From Methanobacteriota archaeon (GTDB lineage Archaea > Halobacteriota > Bog-38 > Methanoflorentales > Methanoflorentaceae), in contig CAVRAO010000012.1 of the NCBI GenBank assembly GCA_963719035.1, positions 64,001-128,000 on the forward strand: a stretch of DNA of 64,000 nt. The letters run 5' to 3'. The position numbers and the translations under genes were made by a program. The notes beneath the pieces are model-generated. The model had not been told where the DNA came from. It did not search any database and worked only from the letters and a program-made list of their open reading frames with translations. This document shows positions 1 through 10,781 of this stretch, piece by piece (position 1 is the stretch's first letter; the number at the start of each line of letters is the position of its first letter).

Positions 1-548
1 GTCGGTCCCTTAATCACCCCGTGGGAGAAGCGGGCAGGCACCTATCAGCGGCTGCTCTCCTTTCCCGTCACCATCAACACCCTCATTCTCGGAGACGTTG
101 TAGCCGGCATGCTCTTCGGCATCGTCATCAATGTCATCATCATTGCTCTAGGAATAGCGGCATTTGGCTACGCTGTGAGTGTTACCGGAGTCCTGCTGAT
201 GGGCGTGAGCTTGATATTAGGCGCGTTCTGTTTCTCAGCGCTCGGCGTGCTCCTCGCGTCGCCAGCGAGTACAACCCGTCCAACGTCATGATGCTCTCAA
301 GCCTCGTCCGCTTTCCCCTCATCTTTATCAGCGGTATTTTTGTACCGATCGCGAGCTTGCAGGGGATCGCGAAGGTCGCGGTCTACTGCTCGCCCATCAC
401 CTACCTCGTCGCCGGGTTCGACCTCAGCTTGCTCGGCAGTACAGCGATACCTATCGTGCTCACATGGGCTGCGCTCATCGGCTTTAGCATCGTTTTCGTG
501 GCGCTGGCAGGCGTGCTCCACCGGCGAAATCTCATGAAAGGCCTGTGA
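1..548 (+). CDS. ABC-2 type transporter permease, 5'-truncated by window edge, frameshift near 270
   Basis: Frame 1 reads PWEKRAGTYQRLLSFP (ABC-2 motif) and hydrophobic helices; the second frame continues FPLIFISGIFVP...SPITY. Confidence 0.8.
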   Translation, partial: RSLNHPVGEAGRHLSAAALLSRHHQHPHSRRRCSRHALRHRHQCHHHCSRNSGIWLRCECYRSPADGRELDIRRVLFLSARRAPRVASEYNPSNVMMLSSLVRFPLIFISGIFVPIASLQGIAKVAVYCSPITYLVAGFDLSLLGSTAIPIVLTWAALIGFSIVFVALAGVLHRRNLMKGL

Positions 549-820
549 CTAACGCTGATTGTAGGATGGACGTCTCAGTGCAGTATTTCAGGTTGTTTCG
601 TACCTTTAACTAACCACCAAGAACGTTCCAGCAAGTGACGCCGACTCATTTTGCGTCTGATCGAACACCAGCGAATCTGGCGCGGCTCTGTGATTGATAC
701 TTGAAACCAAACATGTGAGCCGACTTCGAGGGACCGTTGTCTAACCGTATCAGTCGCCACAAAGGGCTGCCGTCAGCCGCACAAGTTTGTCGCTCTGTGT
801 GTGCTTTGTGGCACACCTTG

Positions 821-1153
821 TCAAAAAATTCGCATCTTTTTATTCATAATATTCTTTTTGATCATATCCAGAGCGGTTTCCAGCGCTCCGCGAACTGCTT
901 CATCTTGCTCATCGTTTAATGCGTAGATAAGAGACGCTGTTGCACTCGCATCGCCCATCATCCCAAGGGCCAATGCAACACTTAACCGCACGTCTGCATT
1001 GCTGTCCTTCAACGCTTGTGTAAGGGGGTGCACAGCTCGCGCATCTTCCAGCTCTCCGAGCGTCTCAGCGGCGCTCCGTCGAACCTTCGGGCTTTTGTCA
1101 TTCAATGCAGTGATTAACCCGTCAACATTATCTTGGGCTGCCATCGTTATCAC
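821..1153 (-). CDS. HEAT/PBS-lyase repeat protein
   Basis: Three repeats of the type LxxALxDxxxxVRxxAAxxLG. Confidence 0.85.
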   Translation of the reverse strand: MITMAAQDNVDGLITALNDKSPKVRRSAAETLGELEDARAVHPLTQALKDSNADVRLSVALALGMMGDASATASLIYALNDEQDEAVRGALETALDMIKKNIMNKKMRIF

Positions 1154-1262
1154 GTCGTTTGTAAGCGCGAAGCGCTAAGAGGGACTGAAGCAATGAAACG
1201 AAGTCACCCTTGCTGCGCTTTGGAGTGACTGCCATCACGGTACACCGCTTTCACATCCTCGC

Positions 1263-3419
1263 TCAAGCGTACCCATTAGAGGCATGCTCAAGCGCCGGGT
1301 GGTTTATCTTCTCCAAGTACTCCGCTAGCTCTTCAGCGTCTGTCGCGATCGTTTCATCAGCGATCTTTTCTACCAAATCGGACAATCCGACCTCTTTTGC
1401 CCGCTTCTCAAGATTTTCACGCAACGCTTCTTTCAACTCCTTGGGCATCCAGACGATTCTCGCGATGCCGCCATCCGCACGTATAAACTTCTTGCTCGTA
1501 ATGAACTGCCTCCCGATACCGACGAACCCGGGCGTTTGATTTCCACACCGACCGACCCCGCAAGAGTCGAGAACTTCGCGCCGATAGGGGTCATGTCGGT
1601 GTATTCTCGGTTGACCACGATGACCCCTTGCAAGTCACTGCTGATCGCCACAATACATTCAAAACACCCACACGACGTTTGCGGGTCCTCCATCATGGTC
1701 TATGATTCATTCGCTCGATGCGGCCATGGGTAAGCTCTCGTACGGCTTCGTTAACGTTTGTCCACTGGCCTTTCTGCTCATCGATGGCAGCGCCCTTTTC
1801 AACCGGCTTATTCGGTCCGTTTGAATCGATGCTAAACCCCGCAGCCGCATCAAGCCAATTCAATGCGCCACACAGCCCTAGGCGTTCAGGAGAGATGATG
1901 CACACGTGGCACGGTGCAAAGCTCTGACACAACGTACACGCGTAGAACTCGTTGACGCTTTCATCGGTCAGTCCAGCGACCCTCCTGTCCCTTTCAGCGT
2001 ATGACTCGTGGGCCTCTGGTAAGTGCTTTTCCACCTCATTCTGGTCGGTGATGATTGTAACTTGTAGCCGGCTGATAATTTCCCCGAACTCTTCCTTCAT
2101 TTTATGAGATAAAGGATATCACCGAAGTGCTTGAAGCGTAACCCGCTGGCCACACTATTCTTACTTAGTCGCACCCAGAGTAAGTTTCTCTGACCCGTAT
2201 GCCACGCGCCCTCTGCGTAATTGATGAACTGGTGGATGCGCCGTTCAACGACGGGTTCAAACTCCTTTTTCATGTGCTTGCCGTATACCTCAACAAATAT
2301 CCCAAGTGCTGATACGCTCCCCTCGTCCATCTCATCGACGTCCTTCCCGATCAGCGCGACATGACCGTCCTTAACCGCGTCGGCGTTGCGGATCTTCACG
2401 AGCTCAAACACCTTTGTCTTGGTTGGACCTCCACACTCGACGTAGGTCTGGGGCTTGCGCACCATTTCTCCCTCGAAGGCGAGACCATACGCTGCCGGCA
2501 GCGACACTTGGCCGAATTTCACCTCCATATCCCGTATCTCTATGGCGTGCGCGACGATCTGACTGTAGTCTTTTTCTACTTCGTACTTGCCCGGCACTTC
2601 CTCCACATCTTGATCGGTGATCGTCGGCGAATCGTTGAACATCGCTGCGAACGCAATCGAAGCCTTGATGTCGTCCACCAGCCCCATCTGGACAACAACT
2701 ACCTTCGGCCTTTTGACAAGGTAATTGTGGAGTTCTGCCCTATCCCCTGGTCGGATGTTACCAAAGGTCAATGCCGCTCTGATAGCAAAACTCAAAGCGT
2801 GAACAGCTTGTGTGGACTCGCCAACACAGAATAGTAATCTATCAATTCCTTTTTGCTCACCAATCTCGATCCCAGCTTCTTTGATCTGCTGTATCGTATC
2901 GAAGGTGGGAATTACGAGCATGCCCTTACTCTGGCAGTCCCTGATGATCTTTGCTAGTAGTTTAGGGTCCTTCGCCTTTCCTACCAACACTAAGACCCCA
3001 GGTATGGTATCATCAACGAATGAGATGCCTAACCTCCGGAGCACTTCGTCGGCAATGAACCCGGTGTATGGGGTATCCGCATACGGGTCAGGATTGTCGA
3101 TGTACTTGAGGGCCTCAACGATTTCTGCAGCGACCATAGTCGCTTCTCCTGAGGCCACAGCGTTGTCAAACGTGTACTCCTCTCTAATCTTGCCCCTCAC
3201 TTCTCCAAGAAGTCGCGGCAACTGCGCGAGTTTCGTCACTCTTTCGCCTGTCCACGCGGTGATGCATGGAAGATAGTACCCGGTGCTTGGGTATCCAATC
3301 TCCTTATCACGCCCGTGTTGACGTATCGCCTTATTGAGGAGCTGATCTGCGTATCCAGTCGCGATAATGGCCCCGTCGATCGCTTTCTTGTAGAGCGCAA
3401 CCTGAGAGAGTTTCAGCAT
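1263..3419 (-). CDS. acsB: Acetyl-CoA synthase, bacterial AcsB type with N-terminal domain; split into 4 ORFs by small indels (~2100, ~1700, ~1545)
   Basis: N-terminus AIIATGYADQLLNKAIRQHG..GYPSTGYYLP; EFEPVVERRIHQFINY; HTGQR; A-cluster motifs CTLCQSFAPCHVC...GLCG and DPQTSCGCFE; C-terminal RIVWMPKELK. Confidence 0.92.
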
Positions 3420-3471
3420 CTCTTCTCACTCGTCCTTAGTCCTCGCTTTGCACTTTTTCTCTATCGTATTT

Positions 3472-3495
3472 ATATATGATTATATATCAATATTA
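3472..3495. promoter_or_regulatory. ArsR/SmtB-like operator box upstream of acsB
   Basis: ATATATGATTATATATCAATATTA matches the box repeated in the ars island; lies 53-76 bp upstream of the acsB start. Confidence 0.55.
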
Positions 3496-3823
3496 TGCGC
3501 TGAAAAAAGCTAAAGCAATTGGTTTCAAGCACCAAAGCACGCCCCCAATTTATAAGTCGCAAATAAGTCCCCTTAAGACGTTTTTTGAATAGAACAGGTT
3601 GTGCTCGCAAAGAAAGAACCACCCTGTAAATTCTCCTTGCATATGGGCGTACTAGTTAAGGGCTATGGGTGGGGCTTAATTATTCTAGAGAATTCCTCAG
3701 GGTGATCCTTGGACACGATGTCCAACGCAGAAACTTGCACAACGATTCAGCTCACTTGCCCGTGGAGCGAAGCGGGCTTCAGATCGCGCTTAAAGTGTTG
3801 AGTAGCGTCAAATGGCAACGGAG

Positions 3824-3843
3824 ATATATATGATCATATATAT
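3824..3843. promoter_or_regulatory. Perfect 20-bp palindrome upstream of arsR (probable autoregulatory operator)
   Basis: ATATATATGATCATATATAT, ending about 35 bp before the arsR ATG. Confidence 0.6.
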
Positions 3844-3877
3844 GCAGATTTAACAAAGGCATCCTAAGATAGACAGC

Positions 3878-4254
3878 ATGAAGATAAGTGACCCTATAAA
3901 ATCGCTTCAGAACTTTGCAGAGGCATACGACATCAACGTCGAGGAGCTAAAAGTACGCTTAACGAAATTGCCGAGGAGATTGATACGCGCGACACGTACA
4001 AACAGGCACGCACGCTCAAGGCAGTAGCTGATTCAACGAGGCTTAAAATTATCAAGGCTCTGAGCCAACACGAACTCTGTGTTTGTGAACTCATGTTGCT
4101 GCTCAATGCACAGCAGTCTGCTGTGTCACATCACCTGCGCATACTCAAAGACGCCAATCTCGTGGTGGAACGACGCCAAGGCAAATGGAGCTTCCACCGA
4201 CTTGCGGGCGATCGCCTTGGAACGCTTTTAAGAGCGCTTGACGAGTTGGAGTAG
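3878..4254 (+). CDS. arsR: ArsR/SmtB family As(III)-sensing repressor, 1-bp frameshift near 3968, absent from ORF track
   Basis: Manual translation: KAVADSTRLKIIKALSQHELCVCELMLLLNAQQSAVSHHLRILKDANLVVERRQGKW, containing the ELCVCEL alpha3 site. Confidence 0.9.
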
Positions 4255-4380
4255 CGCGAATAGAGCCCATCTCAAATTGCTTTTTTTAGCACGCACGTAA
4301 CCTTCGACCAGTTTTACTGCACTTCGTTTTTGCTGGGCGAGAGAATGAGCACTACGGTTAGGGGCGCTTTCAAAACATTG

Positions 4381-4404
4381 ATATATGTTAATATATTGAT
4401 ATTT
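4381..4404. promoter_or_regulatory. ArsR-like operator box
   Basis: ATATATGTTAATATATTGATATTT. Confidence 0.6.
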
Positions 4405-4503
4405 AAGTAGACTGCAACGACAAGTCGTCGACGAACATAGCAGTCGTCCCGGTATTGCCTCAATCGCGCCTAGCGTAGCGGAGACAACTAACAGATATTT
4501 CAG

Positions 4504-5031
4504 GTGAATACTATGACTCAATCGCTTGCACGATGCATCACTGTAGAGCGCTTTCACTCAGTCAACAAACAAGACGATGCCGATGCTCAACGTGGAATGA
4601 TGGAGCTCAGCTTACGCGAGGACGTGCATGAGCTTCAGGGGGTTTTAGAAGGGGTAACGTGTATCGCATTGTGTGATGTCACAGTGGGTGAAGAAGATAG
4701 CCGTCTCGCAGTTGGCAAGAGTGAGTCGATCCGAATTACGTGCAAAGAGCTGGGAATTGCCTCCTTGCTGCTAGATGAGATACTAAATCCAAACTTTGGA
4801 ATGGGTTGCTGTGCTGCGTGCCCATATCAAGCAAACTCTGAGGCGTGCTGTAGGACTTTTACGGATGATGAGCTTGACTCAAAATCGATGTCGATGGCGC
4901 TGGTAGTCGCGGCTATATTGAAGTTGACATTCTGTTCTGAAAGTTCTACAAAGAGCAGTAATGCCAAAGATTCGCTCAGAAAAAAGATTATGCGTAAGTC
5001 TAATATATTTAGATATATTCATATGTTCTAG
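4504..5031 (+). CDS. Cys-rich hypothetical protein
   Basis: 175-aa ORF with GCCAACP and EACC; downstream of an operator box; true start uncertain. Confidence 0.5.
   Translation: MNTMTQSLARCITVERFHSVNKQDDADAQRGMMELSLREDVHELQGVLEGVTCIALCDVTVGEEDSRLAVGKSESIRITCKELGIASLLLDEILNPNFGMGCCAACPYQANSEACCRTFTDDELDSKSMSMALVVAAILKLTFCSESSTKSSNAKDSLRKKIMRKSNIFRYIHMF
5003..5026. promoter_or_regulatory. ArsR-like operator box upstream of the CMD-arsP-redoxin unit
   Basis: Reverse complement ACATATGAATATATCTAAATATAT. Confidence 0.6.
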
Positions 5032-5067
5032 GTAGAATTTCCAAAGTCAGACGTAGTGGCTCACGAT

Positions 5068-5480
5068 AAGGAGAACGAAAATGACAGAAGAGAAGCAAAT
5101 GATTGTTGATGAAATCCTCACGATGATGGAAAAGGGGTTGGGGGAGGAGCCGAAGCCCATGGTGCTGATGTCAAAGCTTATCCCTGAGTGGATTCCGAGA
5201 CAAGCCCAGGAGAAGAAGTTCGTAATGGAGCAACTAAATCATATTCCATCCAAATACAAACATCTCATCATGATTGCTGCTTCGGCGGCCGTCGGTTGTC
5301 ATCTTTGTACCGAGACGTTCATCAAGATTGCCTGTCGCGCCGGCGTAACCAAAGAGGAAATCGCGGAGGCAATCCTTGCAACCCGGTTCGCCCTGGCCTC
5401 CACCACTTTTGCTACGGCGGTTGAGGGAATGGAATTTTTAACCTCCAAGGAGTGAGGGAAATGGACGAATAACGACACTA
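5068..5480 (+). repeat. 413-bp direct repeat, copy 1 (copy 2 at 10919-11331)
   Basis: Identical by eye except T5163/C11014; covers the RBS, CMD gene and 25 bp downstream. Confidence 0.95.
5081..5455 (+). CDS. Carboxymuconolactone decarboxylase/AhpD-like protein
   Basis: KYKHLIMIAASAAVGCHLC...AGVTKEEIAEAI. Confidence 0.88.
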   Translation: MTEEKQMIVDEILTMMEKGLGEEPKPMVLMSKLIPEWIPRQAQEKKFVMEQLNHIPSKYKHLIMIAASAAVGCHLCTETFIKIACRAGVTKEEIAEAILATRFALASTTFATAVEGMEFLTSKE

Positions 5481-5507
5481 AAAATTCAAAAAATTATGAG
5501 GTAACCT

Positions 5508-6494
5508 GTGGTTCCAGATATTTTACAAGAAGCTGTTAATTACCTAACATACGTGTTGATAGGGTTAGACCCTGCATCTCCGTTAGGCAGTGCAATCAAC
5601 TTCTTCATCTATGATACCATAAAAATTTTAATTTTATTAACGGTAATAATATTCGCTATAGCCTTCTTCAGAAGTTATATATCACCTCTAAAGGTTAGAA
5701 AAGCCTTAGGTAAAAGAAATGAGTATATTGGGAATGTGATAGCTGCTTTAATAGGCATTATCACACCTTTCTGTTCTTGCTCGGCAGTGCCGCTCTTCAT
5801 AGGATTCGTAGAATCAGGAGTGCCATTGGGAGTCACTTTTTCCTTTCTAATTGCTTCCCCTATGATAAATGAAATCGCCATTATCTTATTGTGGGGTTTG
5901 GTGGGATGGCAAATAACAGCCATATACATTATATCCGGTCTCTTCATTGCCATAATAGCCGGTATAATTATTGGGAAGCTTAAATTGGAAGGTGAGGTGG
6001 AGAGCTACGTTTATGAGATGATCGAAAAAATAAAAGCGGCGGAAGCATCAGGAATGACTCTGGAAGAGGATAAACAGACCTTAAAGGAACGTGCCCTCTC
6101 CTCAAGAGATTACACTAAAGACCTATTGAAAAGGATTACGCCTTACGTAATAATAGCAATTGGAATAGGTGCGATTATGCATGGATATATTCCCTCAGAT
6201 TTCCTTGTCACCTATGCTGGTGCAAATAATCCTCTAGCGGTACCCTTAGCAGTTTTGATAGGAGGACCTCTCTATTCAAATGCTGCAGGGATCATTCCAT
6301 TGGTTGCCGTCCTTATTGATAAGGGAATACCTCTTGGAACTGCTTTGGCATTTATGATGGCAGTAACTGCATTATCCCTGCCAGAAATGATTATACTCAG
6401 AAAAGTGTTGAAACCTAAACTCCTAGGAATTTTTGTCGCCACATTGGCAGTGTCTATAACCGCCGTAGGCTATTTATTCAACGCTATAACGTAA
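5508..6494 (+). CDS. arsP: ArsP/DUF318 permease
   Basis: TPFCSCSAVP, PLGVTFSFLIASP, LSLPE motifs. Confidence 0.9.
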   Translation: MVPDILQEAVNYLTYVLIGLDPASPLGSAINFFIYDTIKILILLTVIIFAIAFFRSYISPLKVRKALGKRNEYIGNVIAALIGIITPFCSCSAVPLFIGFVESGVPLGVTFSFLIASPMINEIAIILLWGLVGWQITAIYIISGLFIAIIAGIIIGKLKLEGEVESYVYEMIEKIKAAEASGMTLEEDKQTLKERALSSRDYTKDLLKRITPYVIIAIGIGAIMHGYIPSDFLVTYAGANNPLAVPLAVLIGGPLYSNAAGIIPLVAVLIDKGIPLGTALAFMMAVTALSLPEMIILRKVLKPKLLGIFVATLAVSITAVGYLFNAIT

Positions 6495-6563
6495 AATAAC
6501 AGGATCTGTGTAAAATTCATTATTTTGAATATTAAATGTTGATATCAAGACAGAGGTGATTAT

Positions 6564-6803
6564 ATGAAAATAGCGGTATATGGACCGGGATGCGCAAACT
6601 GCCAAAATCTAGAAAAAAATGCTAAAGAAGCTGTCAAAGAAATTGGTATAGATGCTGAAATCACGAAAATTCAGGAAATTGACAAGATACTGGAATCCGG
6701 AATAATTGCAACTCCTGCATTAGCAATAGATGGAGAAATGAAATCCATGGGAAGGGTCCCGTCTGTGGAAGAAATAAAAAAATGGATTAAAGCTAAAATG
6801 TAA
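6564..6803 (+). CDS. MTH895-like small redox-active disulfide protein
   Basis: GPGCANC...TPALAIDG...GRVPS; RBS GAGGTGA. Confidence 0.92.
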   Translation: MKIAVYGPGCANCQNLEKNAKEAVKEIGIDAEITKIQEIDKILESGIIATPALAIDGEMKSMGRVPSVEEIKKWIKAKM

Positions 6804-7066
6804 AAAAAATCAAGAAAGAAATCCAAATTCTTTCAGCAGACCTTCTTTGAATCTTATAAGGCGATTTTCCAAACGTCTTTGTGCAAATTTATTACGCTTC
6901 AAATGCATCTCGGTGACCCTGATACTCCTTCTTTTTACATTCTTGGTTTCAGTGAAAATACTCGCACGACGGTAAATTGCGCTGTAACACAGTTGGTGAC
7001 AAACGCTGCGTCTTGCCACACGTCTCAACGATGCTGCAGCCCTAAAGCTTCGGAGGTGGTGACGAC

Positions 7067-7309
7067 GTGGATTTAGATGTGAATATTAAAGCTCACGACC
7101 TACTATGGCGACTTATGGATCCTGCGATTAAAAAGCGTTATACTGAAAGCTTTGGCGCAAGAAAGTCGCAGCTCGTTGACTCTGAGATGGCAAAACTTGT
7201 TAAATCCGGCCTCATCTTTGAAAAGGACAATCGATATGACCTTACCTCGAAGGGGCACTCAATCTATAACTTATTGACTAAACAGAAAGGCTGTTGTCAA
7301 CCTATGTAA
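7067..7309 (+). CDS. Small winged-helix protein with C-terminal Cys-Cys
   Basis: LVKSGLI...YDLTSKG wing signature; ends GCCQPM; RBS GGAGGTGG. Confidence 0.6.
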   Translation: MDLDVNIKAHDLLWRLMDPAIKKRYTESFGARKSQLVDSEMAKLVKSGLIFEKDNRYDLTSKGHSIYNLLTKQKGCCQPM

Positions 7310-7394
7310 TCGTTAAGACGCAATTGCGGTTGCGAGCCATGAAAGGTATCGGGTCAGTGCGTTAGCAAGACGCTGTTGTTCATATCACGGGCTA

Positions 7395-8513
7395 TTGAAA
7401 TGCGCGAAAGAAGAGGTTTCTTACATGGTTGAAAAACCCAAAGGACGGCTATCGTTCCTAAACGAATTCCTGACCCTCTGGATCTTTCTCGCGATGATTA
7501 TCGGCGTGACGATTGGGTACTTTTTCCCAGGCGTCCCAGGCGCGCTTAACCAACTATCCGTAGGCACGACCTCTATCCCCATCGCTATCGGGCTTATCGT
7601 AATGATGTACCCGCCCCTGGCGAAGGTACGCTATGAGGAGCTGGGAGCCGTCTTTCGGAACACGAAGGTCTTAGGCTTAGGGCTCGTGTTCAACTGGATC
7701 ATGGGACCGCTCGTGATGTTCGCGCTCGCCGTCATCTTTATGCGCAACTATCCTGAGTACTTCGTAGGACTCATTCTCATCGGCATTTCGCCGTGTATTG
7801 CCATGGTTATCATCTGGATCCACCTCGCTCGTGGCGACGGTGAGTACGCGGCGGCCTTGGTCGCCCTGAACTCAATTATGCAAGTTCTCTTTTACTCAGC
7901 GTATGCCTTCTTCCTCATCACGATCCTGCCACAGTGGCTTGGGATCACCCAAATAGCGACCGTGGTAAACGTGTCCATTGTCGAGATCGCGAAGACCGTG
8001 GCCATTTACCTCGGCATTCCGTTCGTTGCGGGGGTGATTACCCGATACGTGGGGTTGAAACTCAAAGGGCGGGAACGGTACGAAACGCGTTTCGTCCCTA
8101 GGATCGGACCAGTTTCGCTTATAGCGCTGTTGTACACTATAATCATAATGTTTTCTTTGAAGGGGAACCTCATTATATCGCTGCCACTTGACGTCGTGCG
8201 GATTGCCATCCCCTTGCTCGGCTACTTCATAGTGATGTTCTTCGTCCCCTTCTTTATCTGCTGGCGAGTAGGTCTCGATTATGCCAAAACGGCCACACTC
8301 GCGTTCACCGCGGGAAGCAACAACTTCGAGCTTGCCATAGCGGTAGCGGTCGGCGTCTTTGGCTTAAATTCCGGTCAAGCGTTTACTGCAGTGATCGGGC
8401 CGCTGATTGAAGTGCCCGTCTTAATCAGCCTGGTCAACGTAGCCCTATGGTTCTCCGCGAAGTATTTTACCTCTACCGGAGAGTCAACCGCGAAACGTTC
8501 TAAGCATAATTAG
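7395..8513 (+). CDS. acr3: Acr3 arsenite efflux transporter (start probably ATG 7425)
   Basis: [38 protein letters not shown]. Confidence 0.96.
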   Translation: MKCAKEEVSYMVEKPKGRLSFLNEFLTLWIFLAMIIGVTIGYFFPGVPGALNQLSVGTTSIPIAIGLIVMMYPPLAKVRYEELGAVFRNTKVLGLGLVFNWIMGPLVMFALAVIFMRNYPEYFVGLILIGISPCIAMVIIWIHLARGDGEYAAALVALNSIMQVLFYSAYAFFLITILPQWLGITQIATVVNVSIVEIAKTVAIYLGIPFVAGVITRYVGLKLKGRERYETRFVPRIGPVSLIALLYTIIIMFSLKGNLIISLPLDVVRIAIPLLGYFIVMFFVPFFICWRVGLDYAKTATLAFTAGSNNFELAIAVAVGVFGLNSGQAFTAVIGPLIEVPVLISLVNVALWFSAKYFTSTGESTAKRSKHN

Positions 8514-8562
8514 CGATTAGCAGGCAGCCGTTGATGCGAACCCGCAGCTATATATAGTATTA

Positions 8563-8586
8563 ATATATGCAAATATGTTTATATAT
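8563..8586. promoter_or_regulatory. ArsR-like operator box
   Basis: ATATATGCAAATATGTTTATATAT. Confidence 0.7.
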
Positions 8587-8611
8587 AAAGGGGCGGTGCA
8601 AAACGACCACA

Positions 8612-9844
8612 ATGAAGGGCGTCACTGAACTTACACATAGTAAACCAATTATCGGACTCTCGATCGCGCTTATAATATTGTTGTGTAGCTCGGCCTTTAG
8701 CTCTGTGGTGGCGCAGACACCATCGCTTTCGAACACTACATCAAGCGCACAGAATCCTCCATGGCCAGTAAATTTATATGAGTTTTACAGAACCGACTGC
8801 CCGCATTGTCAAGCGATAGCGCCAACGATAGACGCGCTGGCACGTCAATACCCGACCCTTCACGTCTATAAGATTGAAACGCAAAATGACGCGAATTACA
8901 GCCTTTTCGTTCAGAAGTTCCTGCCAGCATATAATTTAACGATTGATTCTGTGCCGACCATATTCATCGGCAACAAGAAGTTCGTAGGCGGTGAGGAGTC
9001 AATGCCCGCACTGCAAGCAGAAGTTGCGAGGGCCGTTAAGGCTGGGGCAACGGGTCCAGGCGATAAGATAATGGGCAATGTCGTGCTGACCCCTGCACCT
9101 ATACCACGGACGAACAATACTACTCGTAACTCAACTGCGTCTGATGACGGGACAGACGTTCAAGGTGATTTTCCCCTCCCCCTCTTTATCACGACAGGGA
9201 TAATCAGCGGGCTGAATCCGTGTGTTTTTTCTGTGCTCATCTTCTTGATGGGGACGATCGCCCTAACTGGGTCGCGTGCGAGGGCCATCGCCATCGGGGT
9301 CGCATATATTGCGACCGTGTTTTTTGTATTCTTCCTTTCAGCACTAGCCGTCGTGCAGTTTGTCCGAATTATTGGCGCTTCGAATCTACAATTAACGAAG
9401 ACTTTGATTGGCGTTTTTCTCTTAATCGTCGGGATTGTGTCTATCAAGGACTTCTTTTGGTATAATCGCTGGTTTAGTTTCAAGATCCCGACGTTTACAA
9501 AACACAGCATCAGTACTCTCGGAAAAACCAGTTCATTTATTGCGATTATTGCGCTCGGTTTTATCGCTACGATTGCTGCTTTGCCGTGCACAATCGGTCC
9601 GTTTACGTACTTTTCAACGACATTCCTAACCAGTATGACTACGATGCAAAATTACCTCTACACGGCCCTCTTCTCATTTGCGTTTGTTATTCCAATGATC
9701 ATCGTCTTCGTTGCGATATTTGCGATTAAGGTGAGCACGGACAGGGCTGAAGAGTGGAGAATGAAATCAGCGCGATATATGCGGCTTATAGCCGGGCTTC
9801 TGATGGTATCATTTGGGCTCTTGCTGGTCTTCAGAGTGTTCTAA
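8612..9844 (+). CDS. Exported thioredoxin/glutaredoxin domain fused to a CcdA-like transmembrane domain
   Basis: Signal peptide, CPHC, SVPTIFIG; TM domain with GLNPCVF and LPCTIGP; ORF-track start 8567 lies within the operator. Confidence 0.85.
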   Translation: MKGVTELTHSKPIIGLSIALIILLCSSAFSSVVAQTPSLSNTTSSAQNPPWPVNLYEFYRTDCPHCQAIAPTIDALARQYPTLHVYKIETQNDANYSLFVQKFLPAYNLTIDSVPTIFIGNKKFVGGEESMPALQAEVARAVKAGATGPGDKIMGNVVLTPAPIPRTNNTTRNSTASDDGTDVQGDFPLPLFITTGIISGLNPCVFSVLIFLMGTIALTGSRARAIAIGVAYIATVFFVFFLSALAVVQFVRIIGASNLQLTKTLIGVFLLIVGIVSIKDFFWYNRWFSFKIPTFTKHSISTLGKTSSFIAIIALGFIATIAALPCTIGPFTYFSTTFLTSMTTMQNYLYTALFSFAFVIPMIIVFVAIFAIKVSTDRAEEWRMKSARYMRLIAGLLMVSFGLLLVFRVF

Positions 9845-10365
9845 AACAACGTAGGCATCCTTATCTGTTAAATTGCAGTTATAAAGCGTCGCTACTAACG
9901 TTATAAAAAAGCTCAGCGGAAATAACAAAAAAAGATCGTCATTTGTCGGAAGCTTATAAAAATGGATGAACGGTGTTCTCGAAAAGCCTTCAAAACGGAA
10001 ACGCACAGAAGGCCCTATTACACAACTGACCGAAGAGACGAATTGAACATAAAGAAGAGCTTGGCATCGTTAGTAATCTCTGCGCTTCAGCCATCATACG
10101 TGAGAGACTCCAAGCACCTGTTCTACGCTGCGGTGAACACTAAAGATCGTGACTACATGCAGGTTGAATCGTTGAAAAACTGATCTAAATGACGAACTGA
10201 CAAAAGTATCGTCGACACCTGCCTAGTTTTGGGAGGATATGCCCCCATATTCAATATAGCAAAACCCTGCGACGCCCTGTTCCGTAAGTATGTTTGCTGT
10301 CCTCCCAAGGGTTTAATAGCCTGCAAAAACGTTCAAAAGGACTTTCGCCACTATGTCACGCTCTT

Positions 10366-10725
10366 TCAGATTGTGCGGTCAAGAGCTATAGCAAGTTGTT
10401 CTGTATGTGTTCTTCCTTGTCTTAAATGAGGACAATTTCCAGACCCATCGCTCGGTTGTTCCAAATTGGGATCGTCAAGCAATACCGGCTTGAGCTTGAC
10501 GCCTTTCCATTTGACCACGCGCTTTCTTTTGGTAACAGGCTTAAAACCGGCTTGTTTGCAGTGCTGATAAAAGCTCTGTGGACCTACGGTATGGCGCATT
10601 CGTTTGAGGTGCGTCCAGTCGCGGTACCTTTGCCAGAGCTCCTTATGTGACGCTTCAGAGTTAGCCTCAATTATACAATTGTCACGAAAGAAACGAACTA
10701 CGTGTGAATTGTTTTTATTGGACAT
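10366..10725 (-). CDS. Stand-alone D5/P4 primase-helicase C-terminal winged-helix-like protein
   Basis: VVRFFRDNC...ELWQRYRDW...SFYQHCKQAGF...WKGVKLK pattern. Confidence 0.6.
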   Translation of the reverse strand: MSNKNNSHVVRFFRDNCIIEANSEASHKELWQRYRDWTHLKRMRHTVGPQSFYQHCKQAGFKPVTKRKRVVKWKGVKLKPVLLDDPNLEQPSDGSGNCPHLRQGRTHTEQLAIALDRTI

Positions 10726-10781
10726 AACCGTGTGTTGCTTTGTTCGAGAGTTTCGTCACTCCACAACTTTATTTTATATTG

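Noticed and set aside
1693-2100. Naturally split or programmed-frameshift acsB
   Set aside because: Breaks are small deletions (for example A4 for A5) like those throughout the window, so error is more parsimonious
9962-10183. 73-aa ORF
   Set aside because: No RBS and no recognisable family
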